Source: Sedimentisphaerales bacterium
GTDB taxonomy: Bacteria > Planctomycetota > Phycisphaerae > Sedimentisphaerales > Anaerobacaceae
Direction of reading: 5' to 3'
Assembly (NCBI GenBank): GCA_963708075.1
Contig: OY970194.1
Location: forward strand, 3,008,001-3,072,000
DNA: 64,000 nt
Shown here: positions 62,017-64,000 of the stretch, piece after piece
Position numbering within the stretch: position 1 is the first letter of the stretch
Layout: each line of letters opens with the position of its first letter
Notes under the pieces: generated by a model
Told to the model about the DNA's origin: nothing
The model's input: the letters and a program-made list of their open reading frames with translations, nothing else
The model's database searches: none
Translations under genes and position numbers: made by a program

Positions 62017-62105
62017 GCCCTTTCCTCTCACCCCTTCGAGCGTCTATAATGCCCGCGTGTGTAGTATGCAGACATTGGCGACTGTAATCTGCGCGAGGCA
62101 AAAGC

Positions 62106-62723
62106 ATGTGGGATTTCTTCGATCAACCCTGGACGTTGTTAGCTGCGGCGGTAATCGTTCTGCTGGGCCTTTTGACGTTTCGCAGCGTCTGGCCTGAGAA
62201 ACGCCGATGGTGGCAGTGGCTTCTGCCGGCAGGCGTCGCCATTCTGGGGCTGGGCCTCGATCTAGTTGTCGCGACAGACCTGGAGAAGATCAACCGCATC
62301 GGCCAGATCGCCATGAGGGCAGCGGAGGAGGAAGATTGCAGCGCCCTTGGCCGCCTCATCGCCAACGACTACGAGGATTCATTTCACAAGGACAAGCAGG
62401 CATTCCTGGGTCGCTGTCGGGCCCGGCTTGTCCCGCCAGCCGTCGAGCGGGTCCGAAAGATCGGCATGGCCGTCGATATCAAGTCACGCGACGCAACCGT
62501 GACACTCACCGCCAGCGTGAAGCTGGAGGCGGAGAGCTTCTGGGTCCGCAGCTACGGCAAGTCCGCCGCCCTGGTCAAGGCGCAGTTCTGGCTCCGCAAG
62601 CAGCCGGACGGAAGCTGGCTCGTCACCCGCATCGAGATCCTCGAAGTAGACAAGATCCCCACAGGCTGGGGCGTGGCAAGGGATTGCCCAGGCGACACCG
62701 AACTGTGCAGGCTTTTGACATAG
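62106..62723 (+). CDS. Membrane-anchored protein with NTF2-like soluble domain
   Basis: Two N-terminal TMs; LIANDYED...W.VTRIE pattern. Confidence 0.7.
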   Translation: MWDFFDQPWTLLAAAVIVLLGLLTFRSVWPEKRRWWQWLLPAGVAILGLGLDLVVATDLEKINRIGQIAMRAAEEEDCSALGRLIANDYEDSFHKDKQAFLGRCRARLVPPAVERVRKIGMAVDIKSRDATVTLTASVKLEAESFWVRSYGKSAALVKAQFWLRKQPDGSWLVTRIEILEVDKIPTGWGVARDCPGDTELCRLLT

Positions 62724-62735
62724 GATGCGTTAAGT

Positions 62736-62802
62736 TGTCACCCTCGCGAAGGTGGCAGTCCGTGCGGCGGTTTCCTGGATTCCCGCCTGCGCGGGAATGA
62801 CA
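62736..62802. repeat. Third, partly degenerate, copy of the REP-like doublet
   Basis: TGTCACCCTCGCGAAGGTGGCAGTCC...CTGGATTCCCGCCTGCGCGGGAATGACA between convergent genes. Confidence 0.75.
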
Positions 62803-62858
62803 TCAGGGGGTCTTTGACCTCGTTGCACCACAGGCTCGGTCGCGTGCGCCAGGCAGGT

Positions 62859-63617
62859 CTATGAGGTCGCCGGGCCGGCGGTTAGTTGGGAAGCTACCGT
62901 GGCTGTGGCGGCACGGAGTTTCTCCTCATCGGCCAGGTAGTAATGTCCCTGGGCTTCGAGGTTGTTGTCCAACTCGTACACGAGTGGAATGCCCGTGGGG
63001 ATGTTCAGCTCCGTGATCTCGGCGTCGCTTAGGCCGTCGAGGTATTTGACCAGCGCACGAATGCTGTTGCCGTGGGCGGAAATGAGGACCTTCCTGCCCT
63101 GCTTCAGGACAGGGACGATCGCCTCGTGCCAGTAGGGAAGGACCCGTTCCAGCGTCGTCTTGAGCGACTCGGTGGCAGGCAGCAGCTCCCGGGGCACTTC
63201 CGCGTACCGGGGATCGTGCCGGGGGTGTCGCGGATCATTGTCGGGCAGCGGATCAGGGGGAATATCGTAACTTCGCCGCCAGATCTGGACCTGCTCGAGT
63301 CCAAACTTTTCGGCCATGTCCCTCTTGTTCAAGCCCTGAAGCACGCCGTAATGCCTCTCGTTCAACCGCCAGGAGCGACAGACGGGAATCCACATCAGGT
63401 CCATATCATCGACGATGATCCACAGCGTGCGGATCGCCCGTTTCAGGACAGACGTGAACGCGATATCGAATACATAGCCTCCCCGGATCAGGGCGTCGGT
63501 CGCCTCGTGCGCTTCCCGCACCCCCTGCGGCGACAGGTCAACATCGGTCCAACCCGTGAAGCGGTTCTCCAGATTCCACGTGCTTTGCCCGTGCCTGACG
63601 AGCACCAGCTTGATCAT
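62859..63617 (-). CDS. gpmA: 2,3-bisphosphoglycerate-dependent phosphoglycerate mutase
   Basis: [35 protein letters not shown]. Confidence 0.97.
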   Translation of the reverse strand: MIKLVLVRHGQSTWNLENRFTGWTDVDLSPQGVREAHEATDALIRGGYVFDIAFTSVLKRAIRTLWIIVDDMDLMWIPVCRSWRLNERHYGVLQGLNKRDMAEKFGLEQVQIWRRSYDIPPDPLPDNDPRHPRHDPRYAEVPRELLPATESLKTTLERVLPYWHEAIVPVLKQGRKVLISAHGNSIRALVKYLDGLSDAEITELNIPTGIPLVYELDNNLEAQGHYYLADEEKLRAATATVASQLTAGPATS

Positions 63618-63664
63618 AAGGTCACCCCCTTCTGCCGCACGTATCTTCGTCCAGAGACTCGGAT

Positions 63665-63850
63665 CTACAGGTCCACCGGCTTGCAGAGGTTTTCCTTTTG
63701 GGCGGCGACACGGCCGCAGACTTTGCACATGTACTTGGCGTCGCGTACGAGTTTCTTGTACTCTTCGGGATTGCTGATCTGAAAACCGAGGTTATTCAGG
63801 TAGCACAGATGTACCTCATGTCCGGGATGGGGTATTTCTACTTTAGCCAT
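63665..63850 (-). CDS. Small His/Cys-rich metal-binding protein (61 aa)
   Basis: AGGAG RBS; HxxHxC...CKVCGR...NLCKP. Confidence 0.8.
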   Translation of the reverse strand: MAKVEIPHPGHEVHLCYLNNLGFQISNPEEYKKLVRDAKYMCKVCGRVAAQKENLCKPVDL

Positions 63851-64000
63851 GGTTCTCCTGCTTTCCAAAGCTCCTGCAAGCCCGTTCGGGACCGTCGGCT
63901 CCATTGTCTCTCAGGCCATCCACGGGCTCAGTTCTCTACTCTATGTACCGCCCTCGTACCCCCCCGGTTCATCCCCGTGCGCGATCTCCGGGGGCAGCCT

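Overview
GC-rich bacterial chromosomal window. Gene content points to a Planctomycetota genome, probably Phycisphaerae/Sedimentisphaerales-like (inference): three prepilin-type H-X9/10-DG genes, PQQ-like beta-propellers, GLUG/LamG/dockerin-like secreted proteins and a Tat Gfo/Idh/MocA oxidoreductase. It holds about 40 CDS, including a NifA-like sigma54 activator, a PAS hybrid kinase, an 8-gene glycosylation operon, mtfA-like peptidase, truD, uvsE, nnrE, surE and gpmA, plus one intact ISKra4-like IS with an 8-bp target duplication. No rRNA, tRNA or CRISPR array was seen. Main observations: (1) a small sigma54 regulon can be read from the DNA, because the paired ACA-N4-TGT boxes upstream of the activator gene recur upstream of a perfect -24/-12 promoter that drives a secreted-protein gene missed by the ORF track; (2) ten frameshifts fall in only three sequence motifs, which suggests systematic, possibly methylation-linked, base-calling errors rather than pseudogenes; (3) short palindromic and heptamer/nonamer repeat elements sit directly before start codons or in-frame inside genes; (4) an orphan unit at 40.0-41.0 kb has a perfect TTGACA/TATAAT promoter and lies convergent on a small Cys-rich gene; (5) [DE]-[PA]-N motifs recur in exported proteins next to a GT-C glycosylation operon. 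All family calls come from motif recognition by eye, not database searches.
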